A DNA stretch of 64,000 nt from an uncultured Actinomycetota bacterium (GTDB taxonomy: Bacteria; Actinomycetota; Geothermincolia; Geothermincolales; Geothermincolaceae), in the NCBI GenBank assembly GCA_964515075.1, contig CAZETE010000002.1:40470-104469 (forward strand). Direction: 5' to 3'. The position numbers and the translations under genes are program-made. This document shows, piece after piece, positions 1 to 9,464 of this stretch (position 1 is the stretch's first letter; the number at the start of each line of letters is the position of its first letter). Below the pieces are notes generated by a model. It searched no databases and was not told the DNA's origin. It saw only the letters and a list, made by a program, of their open reading frames with translations.

Positions 1-123
1 TCATCTCCTCATAGAACAACCCCTCTTAAGGACATTCTACTACAAATACGCCGGATATGCCCCCTCCGTGCTCCTCCCCGCCCGCGGCGGGCCTCCCGCC
101 TCCGGGAGAAAGGGGGTTAGGGA

Positions 124-200
124 TGGAGCCGGCATGGGGATTCGAACCCCAGACCTGCGCATTACGAGTGCGCCGCTCTTCCAGCTGAGCTATGCCGGCC
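124..200 (-). tRNA. tRNA-Thr (anticodon CGU)
   Basis: Reverse complement reads GGCCGGCATAGCTCAGCTGGAAGAGCGGCGCACTCGTAATGCGCAGGTCTGGGGTTCGAATCCCCATGCCGGCTCCA. It folds as a cloverleaf with an anticodon loop CTCGTAA (anticodon CGT), a T-loop GGTTCGAATCC and an encoded CCA. Confidence 0.85.
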
Positions 201-277
201 CGCAGGTAACCATTATAGGGGCAGGCTCCGGGGTTTGGGAAGCCGGCGGGGGGCCGGCGGCCGGGGAGGCTCGCCGC

Positions 278-1242
278 CTAGTGGCGTATCTCCAGGTCCA
301 TGAGGTGCTCGCGCATCTTGGAGGCGAAGCGCAGGTTGTCGAAGAGGCCGTCGACGCGTTCCTGGTACTCCGCCACCCGCCTGTCCGCCTCCTCCCCGGG
401 GAAGAGGTGGCGGAAGCGCCCCTGCAGCTTGAGATACTCGGACACCGGCACCAGCTCGGAGCTGCCTTCGATGATGCGCTTGGTGCCCGCGGTGTACCTG
501 GTCCTGCCGTTCTCGTACTCGTAGAGCAGCCACACCCCCGCCTGCACGGCCAGGCGGCTCACCTTGACGGTGGAGTCCGAGGGAAACTTCCAGCCGGGCG
601 GGCAGGGGGCCAGCATCTCGATGTACTTGGTGCCGCGGATGGAGGCGGCCTTCCGCATCTTCTTGAAGAAGTCGGTGGGGTAGGCCAGCGAGGCCGTGGC
701 CACGTAGGGCAGGTCGTGGGCCACCATGATCTGGGCCACGTCCTTGCGCCACTCCTGCTTGCCGGAGATGGTGTTGGTGGTCCAGGCGGCGTAGGGGGTG
801 GCGCCCGAGCGCTGGGTGCCGGTGTTGGAGTAGGCCTCGTTGTTGTAACAGACGTAGATGAAGTCGGCGTTGCGCTCCGCCGCGCCCGAGAGGGCCTGGA
901 TGCCGATGTCGTAGGTGCCGCCGTCCCCCGCCCACACCAGCACGGTGGGGCGCTCGGTGAAGACGCCCTTCTTGACCAGGCGGTTCACCGCCGCGGCGAC
1001 GCCGGAGGCCGCCGCTCCTCCCGAGGCGAAGGCCATGTTCAGCACCGGAAGGTCGAGGGCGCTGTAGGGGAAGGGGCTCTGCAGCACCGAGGTGCAGGAG
1101 GCGATGACCACCAGCAGGGTGTTGCGCCCCAGGGCCTTGAAGGCCACGCGCAGGGCCATGCTGCCCGGGCACCCGGCGCAGGCCGCACTGCCCTGCAGGA
1201 ACAGCTCCTCCTCGGGGAAGTCCTTCAGCCTCATCCCGCCAT
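278..1242 (-). CDS. porB: pyruvate:ferredoxin oxidoreductase beta subunit (TPP-binding)
   Basis: C-terminal two thirds of the 600-aa ORF carry the thiamine-PP-binding PFOR beta fold (GDGGTYDIG...YVCYNNEAYSNTG). The real start MRLKDFPEE is at 1242; the longer ORF is an upstream artefact. It overlaps the porA stop. Confidence 0.85.
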
Positions 1243-2427
1243 CCCCCGCTTGCTCGCCCGATGGTGCTCGTTCATCTTGAGGGTGGGCCAGCGCACCGTT
1301 CCCTCGAAGCTGCCGGCGGCGGCGGCCTCCACCTCGGCGGCGATGACCGCGTAGGAGACGTCGCGCCCGCCCAGGCCGGTGATCAGGTTGTACAGCGACG
1401 CCCCGCCGTTCCCGTAGAGGGCCGCCTTGACCTCGGAGAAGAGCGCCCCCTCGTAGCCGAAGGAGATGTCGCGGTCGATGACCACCACCGTCTTCCTCCC
1501 CGCCAGCAGCCTCCGCAGCTCCTCCAGGGGGAAGGGGCGGAACGAACGGACCCTCACCACTCCCGCCTTGAGGCCCTTGCCGCGCAGCGCTTCCACCGAG
1601 ACGCGCGATTCCGAGGCCAGGGAGCCCATGGCCACGATGACGTGCTCGGCGTCGGCCATCTCGAACTCCTCGATGAGGCCGCCGTGATGGCGGCCGACGA
1701 TCTCGCGGTACTCCTCCGCCGCCCGCGAGATGACCTCCTTGGCGTTCTCGTGGGCCTGCTGGATGGAGAAGCGCACCTCCTCGTAGTCGTCGGGATAGAT
1801 CACCGAGCCGTGGGTGAGGGGCCTGTCCAGGTCCATCTTCCAGGCCGTCTTGAAGGGGGGCAGGAAGCGGTCCACCTGTTCCTGGTCGGGCAGGTCGGTC
1901 TGCATGTAGGAGTGGGAGAGGACGAAGGCGTCGTAGTTGACCATCACCGGCAGGATCACCCGCGCGTCCTCCGAGATGCGGAAGGCCTGGATTACGGTGT
2001 CGGCGATCTCCTGGTGGGAGGCGCAGTAGAGCTGGATCCAGCCGGTGTCCCGCTGCGATACGGCGTCCTGGTGGTCGCACCAGATGTTCCAGCCGGGGCC
2101 CATGGCCCGGTTGACGTTGACCATGACCATGGGCAGGCGGATGCCCGCCGCCCAGTGCAGAAGCTCGTGCATGTAGGCCAGGCCGTGCGCCGAGGTGGCC
2201 GAGAACCCCCGCACCCCCATGGCCGCGGCCCCTATGAGGGCGGCCATGGCGCTGTGCTCGCTCTCCACCGGCACGTACTCGCAGTCCATCTCCCCGGACT
2301 CGATGAGGGCGGAGATCTCCTCGATGACCTGGGTCTGGGGGGTGATGGGGTAGGCCGAGACCACCTCCACCCGCGCCAGGCGGGCGGCGTGGGCGGCCAC
2401 GTGATTGGCCACGTCCACCAGCTTCAT
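1231..2427 (-). CDS. porA: pyruvate:ferredoxin oxidoreductase alpha subunit
   Basis: MKLVDVANHVAAHAARLARVEVVSAYPITPQT... is a typical PorA N-terminus. ATG at 2427 gives ~398 aa; the ORF-track start at 2565 is an extension. Confidence 0.85.
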   Translation of the reverse strand: MKLVDVANHVAAHAARLARVEVVSAYPITPQTQVIEEISALIESGEMDCEYVPVESEHSAMAALIGAAAMGVRGFSATSAHGLAYMHELLHWAAGIRLPMVMVNVNRAMGPGWNIWCDHQDAVSQRDTGWIQLYCASHQEIADTVIQAFRISEDARVILPVMVNYDAFVLSHSYMQTDLPDQEQVDRFLPPFKTAWKMDLDRPLTHGSVIYPDDYEEVRFSIQQAHENAKEVISRAAEEYREIVGRHHGGLIEEFEMADAEHVIVAMGSLASESRVSVEALRGKGLKAGVVRVRSFRPFPLEELRRLLAGRKTVVVIDRDISFGYEGALFSEVKAALYGNGGASLYNLITGLGGRDVSYAVIAAEVEAAAAGSFEGTVRWPTLKMNEHHRASKRGMAG

Positions 2428-2714
2428 TTCTTCTCTTTCTCCATGACGATGGCCTTGCGGGGGCACTCCACCGCGCAGATGCCGCACCCCTTGCAGTAGT
2501 CCATGTCGATCACGATATCCTTGGAGATGCAGGCCTCGGGGCAGTAGATCCAGCAGAGCAGGCACTTGTTGCAGCGCTCCTCGTCCTTGACCGGCACGAA
2601 GACGCGCCAGGACCCGGTCTTGCCCACGCTGCCCTCCACCGGCACCGAGAGGGTGGTGACCAGCCCGATCTCCCCTTCCGTCCGCTTCTTGCCCTGCGCC
2701 TGCTTCCTGGTCAT
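2424..2714 (-). CDS. porD: pyruvate:ferredoxin oxidoreductase delta subunit (2x[4Fe-4S] ferredoxin)
   Basis: 96 aa with two CxxCxxCxxxCP motifs (CNKCLLCWIYCP, CKGCGICAVECP). Sits between porG and porA. Confidence 0.8.
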   Translation of the reverse strand: MTRKQAQGKKRTEGEIGLVTTLSVPVEGSVGKTGSWRVFVPVKDEERCNKCLLCWIYCPEACISKDIVIDMDYCKGCGICAVECPRKAIVMEKEKK

Positions 2715-2741
2715 CTTACCGCCGTCCGTCCCCGTTTCCGC

Positions 2742-3347
2742 TCAATCCCGCTTCGCCGGCGCGCTGCCCGCGGCGGCGTCCGCCGGGCGCCCCCGTACCT
2801 GCTCGACCGAGGTGAAGCCCCGGCGCGCCGCTTCCATGCTCTTCTCCCGGCGCTCCCCCCGCATGTTCTCCCGGATGACCTCGGTGATGATCTCCAGGGA
2901 GACCAGGCCGGACACGTAGGAGATGGCGCCGTAGACCGGTATGTTCACCGCGGGCATGCCGTCCACCTCCAGCCCCAGGTCCAGGGCGATGGAGGTGGCG
3001 TCGACCACGTTCACCTCGAAGGGCAGCCGGGCCGCGCGCTTGGCCGCCGCCCCGGGGTCGTCGTTGACCAGCAGGACGGTATCCTCCTTGACCCCCTCCT
3101 CCAGGGCCAGGTCCAGCAGGGAGTTGCTCATCACCACCAGCAGGTCCGGCCGCTGGATCTGGCTCACGTGATAGATGTGCTTGTCGTCGAAGCGGACGAA
3201 GGCCTTCACCGGGGCCCCGCGGCGCTCCGCCCCGAAGAAGGGGGACGCCTGCACGTACCACCTGGACTTGTCGCCGGCTATGGCCAGCAGGCGGATGAGG
3301 GTGACCGCGCCCTGCCCCCCCAATCCGTGAAACCTTATCTCGACCAT
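2742..3347 (-). CDS. porG: pyruvate:ferredoxin oxidoreductase gamma subunit
   Basis: MVEIRFHGLGGQGAVT... matches the PFOR gamma family and is the first gene of the porGDAB operon. An AT-rich promoter island lies upstream at 3390-3460. Confidence 0.85.
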   Translation of the reverse strand: MVEIRFHGLGGQGAVTLIRLLAIAGDKSRWYVQASPFFGAERRGAPVKAFVRFDDKHIYHVSQIQRPDLLVVMSNSLLDLALEEGVKEDTVLLVNDDPGAAAKRAARLPFEVNVVDATSIALDLGLEVDGMPAVNIPVYGAISYVSGLVSLEIITEVIRENMRGERREKSMEAARRGFTSVEQVRGRPADAAAGSAPAKRD

Positions 3348-3501
3348 GATCGCGTATCAACTCCGTCGCGTTCTGCGTTCTGCGGCCGTCTGCCGCCGCT
3401 GGTGACGAAACACAGTTTCATATCTTATCAAACCGTCGAGGGAAAAGTCGATAAAGAGCGTCATCCCCGCGCCTCCGGCCGGGCCGGTCCCGGGCGGGAG
3501 C

Positions 3502-4380
3502 TCAGTCCGCCTCCCCGGTCTCCGCCCGGACGTCCCCCTCCGGCTCCTGCGGCTCCTGCGGCTCCCGCGGCTCGGAGCGGCGCGAGTCCCTGCCGAAGCA
3601 GGAGGCTTCAAGGGAGATGCGCTCGCCCGACCCGCTCTGGACCACCACCTTCTCGCCGATGGCGTCCAGCCCCACCACCCGGTACGACTCGCCGTCCACG
3701 TTGACCTCCGAGCCGATGCCGGGGACCCTGCGGTTGAAGCGGCGGTAGACCTCGTTCTCGTAGCGGAGGCAGCACATCAGCCGGCCGCAGACCCCCGATA
3801 TCTTGGTGGGGTTGAGGGGGAGCCCCTGCTCCTTGGCCATGCGGATGGACACCGGGTCGAACTGCTTCAAGAAGGCCTTGCAGCAGAGGACGCGGCCGCA
3901 GGGGCCCAGGCCGCCCACGATCTTGGCCTCGTCCCGCACCCCGATCTGCCTGAGTTCGATGCGGGTGCGCAGGGCGGAGGCCAGGTCCTTGACCAGGTCG
4001 CGGAAGTCAACCCGCCCCTCCGCCGTGAAATAGAAGGTGATGGAGTTGCCGTCGAATACGTAATCGAGGTCCACCAGCTTCATGGGCAGCTTGTGCCGCT
4101 CGATGGACTCCAGGCACCTGCGCCAGGCCTCCTCCCGCCGCCCCTTGTTGCGCTCGTACTGCTGGCGGTCCCGGTCGGTGGCGCGCCGCACCACCCGCTT
4201 CAACCCCTCCGGCCTCGATTCGTCGGGCAGGTCGCAAGCGGCTTCCACCACCTTGCCGTAGTCGATGCCCTTGTCCGTGGGGACGATGACCTCGTCCCCC
4301 ACCCTCAGGGACAGCCTGTCGGTGTCGTAGTAGAGCACCTTGGAGCCCTGTTTCAGGCTGACTCCCACGATGGTTATCAT
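3502..4380 (-). CDS. ricT: PSP1 C-terminal domain protein (YaaT/RicT-like)
   Basis: Conserved PSP1 core (GGLGPCGRVLCCKAFL...CGRLMCCLRYE) sits downstream of holB, as in Firmicutes tmk-holB-yaaT loci. A low-complexity PQEPQEP C-terminal tail is present. Confidence 0.75.
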   Translation of the reverse strand: MITIVGVSLKQGSKVLYYDTDRLSLRVGDEVIVPTDKGIDYGKVVEAACDLPDESRPEGLKRVVRRATDRDRQQYERNKGRREEAWRRCLESIERHKLPMKLVDLDYVFDGNSITFYFTAEGRVDFRDLVKDLASALRTRIELRQIGVRDEAKIVGGLGPCGRVLCCKAFLKQFDPVSIRMAKEQGLPLNPTKISGVCGRLMCCLRYENEVYRRFNRRVPGIGSEVNVDGESYRVVGLDAIGEKVVVQSGSGERISLEASCFGRDSRRSEPREPQEPQEPEGDVRAETGEAD

Positions 4381-4433
4381 CTCCTCGTATCCGTCCTTTC
4401 GCTCGCGCCTCGTTCTTCCCGGTAACCCTTATT

Positions 4434-5642
4434 CTACCCCATGCCCCCGCGGCCCTTCAGCGGCGGCCGGCGGGGCGCGCCGGAGGAGACTTCCTCCAGC
4501 TTGAGCAGGAGGTTCTCGACGAGCAGGAGCGCGTTGGCGTTGCGGGAGAGCATGGCCGCCGCGGCCTCGCACTCCCGCACCGCATCCACCGCCCTCCCCG
4601 CGTCGATGCGCCGCGCCGCTTCCCTGATCTCCGCGGCCAGTTCCCGGTTGACCAGGCCGGCCTCCCCGGCGTCGTCCTCCTCCAGGGCCAGGGCCTGGAC
4701 CATGACGTCCCGGTACCAGGAGGCCAGCCCGGCGAAGACGTCGCAGAAGACCTCGAACCGCTGCCGCGACGCCTCCCGGTCCTGCCGGCTCTTGCGCCGC
4801 TTCTCCAGGCGCTCGAAGGCCTTGGGGTCCAGGGCTTCCTTGAGGGCCCGGAGGTCCTCGTCCGCGCGCCGGCGGTACCGCTTGGCCTCCCCGTCCGCCA
4901 TCTCGACGATGCGCCCGGCCATCTCCATGGCCCCCAGGACCGAGGCGCCGCTCAGCCGCCTGGCCATCTCCACGGCCTCCAGCCGGCAGGCCAGGCGCTC
5001 CTCGTCCTCCAGGTAGGAGAGGGCCCGGCGGAAGACCCCCCCGCTCGCCCGGGCGAGCAGATCCGCCCGCTCCTCCGTCTGCCGCATCTCGCGCGTCAGG
5101 TACGACCTGATCTCCTCCAGCCTCAAGGGGCGGAAACGCACCTGGTAGCAGCGGGAGACGATGGTGGCCGGCAGGCGTTCCGGCTCGCCGGAGACCAGGA
5201 CCAGCACCGCCCTCCCGGGAGGCTCCTCCAGCGTCTTGAGCAGGGCGTTGGCGGCGTAGACGTTCATGCTCTCCGCCTCGTCCATGATGACCACCTTGCG
5301 CTCCGCCTCCACCGGCTTCAAGCTCAGCTCGTAGACGAGCTCCCTGACGCGGTCGATGAGGATCTGCCTGCCCTCGGGCTCGACCAGGACCAGGTCGGGG
5401 TGGACCTCGTGTTCGACGCGGCGGGCCGCCGCGGCGGGGTCGGCGCAGCCGGGGGGAGTCAGCAGGAAGGACGCGAAGACCTTGGCGGCGGCGTACTTGC
5501 CCGTCCCGCGCGGTCCGGCGAAGAGGTAGGCGTGGGCGGGGCCCCCCCCCTCGACGGCGTCCCGCAGCAGCCGGACCGCCCGCTCCTGGCCGTAGATGGA
5601 CTCCCAGCCCGGCTGCGGCTGCGGCGCCGAACCCTCAGAGAT
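4434..5642 (-). CDS. holB: DNA polymerase III delta' subunit (N-terminal boundary uncertain)
   Basis: The frame reads ...WESIYGQERAVRLLRDAVEGGGPAHAYLFAGPRGTGK...VVIMDEAE (Walker A and B of delta'). The ORF caller starts at an internal TTG (5321). The conserved N-terminus continues in frame up to a stop at 5658-5660 with no ATG/GTG/TTG. The only start-like codon is ATC at 5642, which is preceded by GGAGGTGGAGAGGT. Confidence 0.7.
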   Translation of the reverse strand: MSEGSAPQPQPGWESIYGQERAVRLLRDAVEGGGPAHAYLFAGPRGTGKYAAAKVFASFLLTPPGCADPAAAARRVEHEVHPDLVLVEPEGRQILIDRVRELVYELSLKPVEAERKVVIMDEAESMNVYAANALLKTLEEPPGRAVLVLVSGEPERLPATIVSRCYQVRFRPLRLEEIRSYLTREMRQTEERADLLARASGGVFRRALSYLEDEERLACRLEAVEMARRLSGASVLGAMEMAGRIVEMADGEAKRYRRRADEDLRALKEALDPKAFERLEKRRKSRQDREASRQRFEVFCDVFAGLASWYRDVMVQALALEEDDAGEAGLVNRELAAEIREAARRIDAGRAVDAVRECEAAAAMLSRNANALLLVENLLLKLEEVSSGAPRRPPLKGRGGMG

Positions 5643-6282
5643 ACCTCTCCACCTCCCTCATGACGTGGTGGTGGATGATCTCGGGCTTCTCCTCGCCGTC
5701 CACGACCACCAGGCGCTGGGAGAAGAGCTTGGCCAGCGTCAGGTAGGCCTCCTGCACCGTGGCGTGAAAGGACGGCCCTTCCTGCTCGATGCGGTCCAGG
5801 TGCCCGTAAGGCAGCCGCTTCAGGCCGGTCTCGAAGGGTATCTTGATGAGGATGGTCAGGCTGGGATAGAGGTCGTTGGTGGCCCACTCGTTCAGGTTGC
5901 GTATGCCCTCCAGGCCCAGGCCGCGGGCCACCCCCTGGTAGGCCAGGGAGGAGTCGATGTAGCGGTCGCAGACCACCACCTTTCCGGCGTTGAGGGCGGG
6001 GCGCAGCACCTCCGCGGCATGCTGGGCCCGGTCCGCCGCGTAGAGGATGGCCTCCGTCAGGGGGGTCATCTCCTTGAGTTCGGGGTCGAGCAGGACCTCC
6101 CTGATCCTCTCGCCCACCCTGGTCCCCCCGGGTTCCCGGGTCATCACCACGTCGTAGTTGTCCTGGATGAGGTGGGAGCTGAGCATGTTGGCCTGGGTGG
6201 TCTTGCCGGAGCCCTCCACCCCCTCGAAGGAGACGAAGAGGCCGCGGTGGCCCTTGGGCGAGTTGGTGGCCTTTCTCATCAT
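5635..6282 (-). CDS. tmk: thymidylate kinase
   Basis: P-loop FEGVEGSGKTTQ, the DRY motif and 215-aa length match dTMP kinase. Its stop overlaps the holB 5' region. Confidence 0.85.
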   Translation of the reverse strand: MMRKATNSPKGHRGLFVSFEGVEGSGKTTQANMLSSHLIQDNYDVVMTREPGGTRVGERIREVLLDPELKEMTPLTEAILYAADRAQHAAEVLRPALNAGKVVVCDRYIDSSLAYQGVARGLGLEGIRNLNEWATNDLYPSLTILIKIPFETGLKRLPYGHLDRIEQEGPSFHATVQEAYLTLAKLFSQRLVVVDGEEKPEIIHHHVMREVERYL

Positions 6283-6330
6283 AAGTGATCTCCGATTCCG
6301 CCTTCGACGACGACTGTTCCACGATAAGGC

Positions 6331-6366
6331 ATTAATATTAATCCACTCTTTCCCCCCGATGTCAAA
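6331..6366 (-). promoter_or_regulatory. sigma70-like promoter for the tmk-holB-yaaT operon (TTGACA-N17/18-ATTAAT/TTAATA)
   Basis: Minus strand reads TTGACATCGGGGGGAAAGAGTGGATTAATATTAAT. It is an AT-rich island in a GC-rich background, ~50 nt upstream of the tmk start. Confidence 0.5.
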
Positions 6367-6410
6367 GGACGGCCCGCGCGGCGGGGGATGTTCCGGGCAG
6401 ACGGGTCCCC

Positions 6411-6947
6411 TCAGCGCTTCATGCGGAAGATGTCGCCCCCCAGGGCATCGTATGCGACGACCAGCGGCAAGTCCTCGAGGGAGAGCCGGTAGACGGCCTC
6501 CGCCCCCAGGTCGGAGTAGGCCACCTGCTCCATCTCCCTGACGCTCGAGCCCAGCAGCGCCCCCGCCCCTCCCACCGCTACCAGGTAGAGGGCGCCGTGG
6601 GCCCGGAAGGCGTCGCGCACCTCCGGGGAGCGCGGGCCCTTGCCGATGGCGGCGGCCAGCCCCTCCCTCAACAGCGCCGGGGTGAAGCCGTCCATGCGCG
6701 ACGCGGTGGTCGGGCCCAGTGAACCGGCCGCCCGCCCCGGGGGGGCGGGTGCCGGGCCGGCGTAGTATATGACTTGGCCCTTTACGGGTATGGGAAGCGG
6801 CTGGCCGGCCGCCAGCGCCCTGGTCAGGCGCAAGTGGGCCTGGTCCCGGGCGGTGAACACGGTGCCCGACAGCAGCAGGCGGGTGCCCGCCGTAAGACCC
6901 TTGAGGGAGGCCAGGTCCTCCGGGACGCGTATCCTCACCTCACCCAC
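6411..6947 (-). CDS. fumB: class I fumarate hydratase beta subunit (Fe-S hydro-lyase, tartrate/fumarate type)
   Basis: LLLSGTVFTARDQAHLRL...VIYYAGP matches the TtdB/FumB beta region family. Confidence 0.75.
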   Translation of the reverse strand: MGEVRIRVPEDLASLKGLTAGTRLLLSGTVFTARDQAHLRLTRALAAGQPLPIPVKGQVIYYAGPAPAPPGRAAGSLGPTTASRMDGFTPALLREGLAAAIGKGPRSPEVRDAFRAHGALYLVAVGGAGALLGSSVREMEQVAYSDLGAEAVYRLSLEDLPLVVAYDALGGDIFRMKR

Positions 6948-8481
6948 GTTCCTCTCCCCCTTCCTCGGCCTCCGCGGCCCCCTTGCGGCCGGCCGCCAGC
7001 TCCTGGCCGTAGGGCGGCAGTTCGTCGGGGAGGGGGGCGGCCTCCGCCGCCCCGGCTGTCTCCGCCGCGGCCGGCCCGCCCTCCGGCGGGGGCTCCGCCA
7101 GGGTGATGGGCCCGATGCCGTAGGCCGGCCCCTTCATCCCTTCGAGCATCTCCCGGCCTACCTCCGTGCCGAACAGGGCGTTGAGCCGCTTGTGGGCGTA
7201 TATCCCCGCCCCCAGGATGACCAGCCCACCGGCCAGCAGGATGATCTGGGGCCCGTTGAGCAGGTAGCGGAAGTCGACGAACCTGTCATCGACCGGGCCG
7301 GAGTAGCTCCCCCCGATGCGGATGAAGAACCAGGCCTCCGCGGGCTTTCCCCAGGCCCGGCCCAGCCAGTTTATCAGGTCGGCCAGGGGCCCGGCGATGA
7401 TGATGGAGAGGAAGATGGAGGTGCGCATGATCATGTTGACGGTGGAGAAGACCCTCCCCCGGTATTCCTCCTCCAGCGTCTCGTGGAGCAGGGTGATCAT
7501 GCCCACCACGGCATAGCCCATGCACGTCCCGGCCAGGAAGGCCAGCACGAAGGTGATCCAGAGCCAGGATATCAGGGCGAAGGTTGACAGGCAGGTCCCG
7601 AAGGCCACCACCGCCCAGCCCAGGTACTTCTCCTTGTCCAGGATGCCCTTGAGCAGCCCGGCCAGCAGCGAGCCCGCCATCAGGCCGAAGAGCAGGGTGG
7701 TGAGGACGGCCATGAAGGTGGCGTTCCCTCCCCCCAGCACGTACTTGACGAAGCCCACCGCCAGCACGTAGATGGTGCCGCCGGCCAGGAAGCAGATCAC
7801 CGCTAAAAGAAAGACGATGCGGGTCAGGGGCTGGGTCCACATGTACCTGATGCCGTCCTTGATGTCCGTCTTGACCTGCGAGGAGGAGAACTTGACCATC
7901 TGCTCCGGCCCCCGCTTCTTGAAGCTGATGCGCGAGATGAGGAAGGCGGAGGTGAGGAAGGAGACGGAGTCCAGGAAGCAGGCGGAGCTCGAGGCGTCGA
8001 AGTGCTTGCCGATGAAGCCGGGGTTGAGGTCTCCCAGCCAGGCGATGATCCCAACCACCGCCCCGGCCAGGGCGGTGCCGAAGGCCATGGAGGCGAAGAG
8101 GCTCACCGAGTTGAGGGAGTTGGCGTTGGTCAGCTGTTCCGGGGCGACCAGGTCGGGGATGCTGGCGTCCTTGGCCGGGCCGTAGATGGCCATGAAGGTC
8201 TCCATCAGGAAGACCAGCACGCAGATCATCAAGAGGCCGTTGGAGAAGGGGAGCACCATCACCAGGGCCGCCCGGGCCAGGTCGCAGGAGATCATGGTGG
8301 CCTTGCGGTCGAAGCGGTCAATGATCACCCCGGCCAAGAATCCCAGGAGCATGGCCGGGAGGAAGCGGGCCACCATCATCAGGCTGATGGCGGAGCTCTT
8401 CCCCCCGGACTTCTCGTCCACCAGGGCGAAGAGGGCCGCCACGATGACCCAGTCGCCCACCGCCGAGATCATCTGCCCCAT
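6940..8481 (-). CDS. MFS transporter (DHA3/EntS-like); N-terminus may extend further
   Basis: About 12 predicted TM helices. The conserved N-terminal MFS motif NRDFRRLWMGQMISAVGDW is present. The first ATG (8481) falls inside this conserved motif; see findings. The N-terminal ~250 codons of the 764-aa ORF overlap fumA in another frame and are artefactual. Confidence 0.65.
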   Translation of the reverse strand: MGQMISAVGDWVIVAALFALVDEKSGGKSSAISLMMVARFLPAMLLGFLAGVIIDRFDRKATMISCDLARAALVMVLPFSNGLLMICVLVFLMETFMAIYGPAKDASIPDLVAPEQLTNANSLNSVSLFASMAFGTALAGAVVGIIAWLGDLNPGFIGKHFDASSSACFLDSVSFLTSAFLISRISFKKRGPEQMVKFSSSQVKTDIKDGIRYMWTQPLTRIVFLLAVICFLAGGTIYVLAVGFVKYVLGGGNATFMAVLTTLLFGLMAGSLLAGLLKGILDKEKYLGWAVVAFGTCLSTFALISWLWITFVLAFLAGTCMGYAVVGMITLLHETLEEEYRGRVFSTVNMIMRTSIFLSIIIAGPLADLINWLGRAWGKPAEAWFFIRIGGSYSGPVDDRFVDFRYLLNGPQIILLAGGLVILGAGIYAHKRLNALFGTEVGREMLEGMKGPAYGIGPITLAEPPPEGGPAAAETAGAAEAAPLPDELPPYGQELAAGRKGAAEAEEGGEERG

Positions 8482-8618
8482 CCAGAGCCGGCGGAAGTCC
8501 CGGTTGCGCAGCAGATCGACGTATTCCGACGGCCTTATCTGTACGGTGTCCTCGGTGCGTCCGATGGGCTGGGCGGCCCGCCCCGCCCTCCTCTCCCCGT
8601 CGGGCTTGCCGTTGCCGA

Positions 8619-9464
8619 TCACAGCGCCGTCGATCCCTTCCTCAGGGCATGGCAGGATATCGCCACGGCCAGGGGCAGGTTGGCGATGTGGGTGGGCCTG
8701 GTCTCGACGTGCACGGCCAGGGCGGTGTGGGCGCCGCCCAGGCCGGCGGCCCCGATGCGCGACCGGTTGACGGCGGCCAGGACGGCCCTCTCCATCCCGG
8801 CGTAGTCCTCCTCCGGGTGGGGCTGCCCCACCGGGCGCAGCAGGGCGCGCCTGGCGGCCAGCAGGCAGGTATCCGCGGACCCGCCCAGCCCCACTCCCAC
8901 CACCACCGGGGGGCACGCGTAGGGAGCCCTGGCGATCACGTGCTCCGTAACCCTCTCGGCTATCTCGGCGGCGCCGGAGGTGGGCAGGAGCATCCGCAGC
9001 AGGGTGGCGTTCTCGCTCCCCCCGCCCTTGGGCATCACCGTAATGCGCAGGGACCCCTCCTCCCCCGCCTGTTCCAGGTGGAGCTGGGCGGGGGTGTTGT
9101 CCCCGGTGTTGACGCGGTGGAAACGGGGGTCCTCCACCACCGAAGCGCGCAGGTGAGCGTCGGCCGTGGCCAGGGCCACGCCCCGGTCCACCGCCTCCCG
9201 CATCCCCGGGGGCAGGAGCACGCCGGGGCCGCATTCGATGAAGACCGCGAAGTAGCCGGTGTCCTGGCAGATGGGCAGCCCCTCGACCCGGGCCACCTCC
9301 GCGTTCCGCAGGATCTGGTCCAGGGCATAGGCTCCCAGTCCGTGCTCCTCGGCCCGGCGGGCCGCCCGGAGGGCCCCCTCCACGTCCGGCGGGAGGTCCA
9401 CGCTCGCCCGGAAGGCCAGCTCCCTGACCGCCTCGACGATGGCTTCGCGGGAGACCTCCCTCAT
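8619..9464 (-). CDS. fumA: class I fumarate hydratase alpha subunit
   Basis: LPICQDTGYFAVF...MPKGGGSEN is the Fe-S hydro-lyase alpha signature. The ATG at 9464 overlaps the mdh stop (ATGA). Confidence 0.8.
   Translation of the reverse strand: MREVSREAIVEAVRELAFRASVDLPPDVEGALRAARRAEEHGLGAYALDQILRNAEVARVEGLPICQDTGYFAVFIECGPGVLLPPGMREAVDRGVALATADAHLRASVVEDPRFHRVNTGDNTPAQLHLEQAGEEGSLRITVMPKGGGSENATLLRMLLPTSGAAEIAERVTEHVIARAPYACPPVVVGVGLGGSADTCLLAARRALLRPVGQPHPEEDYAGMERAVLAAVNRSRIGAAGLGGAHTALAVHVETRPTHIANLPLAVAISCHALRKGSTAL

Noticed and set aside
1-123. Leading 120 nt before the tRNA (begins TCA, could be the end of a minus-strand gene outside the window)
   Set aside because: Too little sequence to call. 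No ORF or structure could be supported.
68-1354. 428-aa plus-strand ORF (also 213..1172 and 300..524) over the porB/porA region
   Set aside because: Antisense to well-supported por genes. G/A/R/P-rich low-complexity translation typical of high-GC shadow ORFs. No motifs.
6940-9234. 764-aa version of the MFS ORF, and the 600-aa porB, 864-aa hppA, 639-aa ntpK-containing and 691-aa DUF2229 ORFs as called
   Set aside because: These 5' extensions run through the upstream gene in another frame. Homology begins only at the internal starts used in the feature table.
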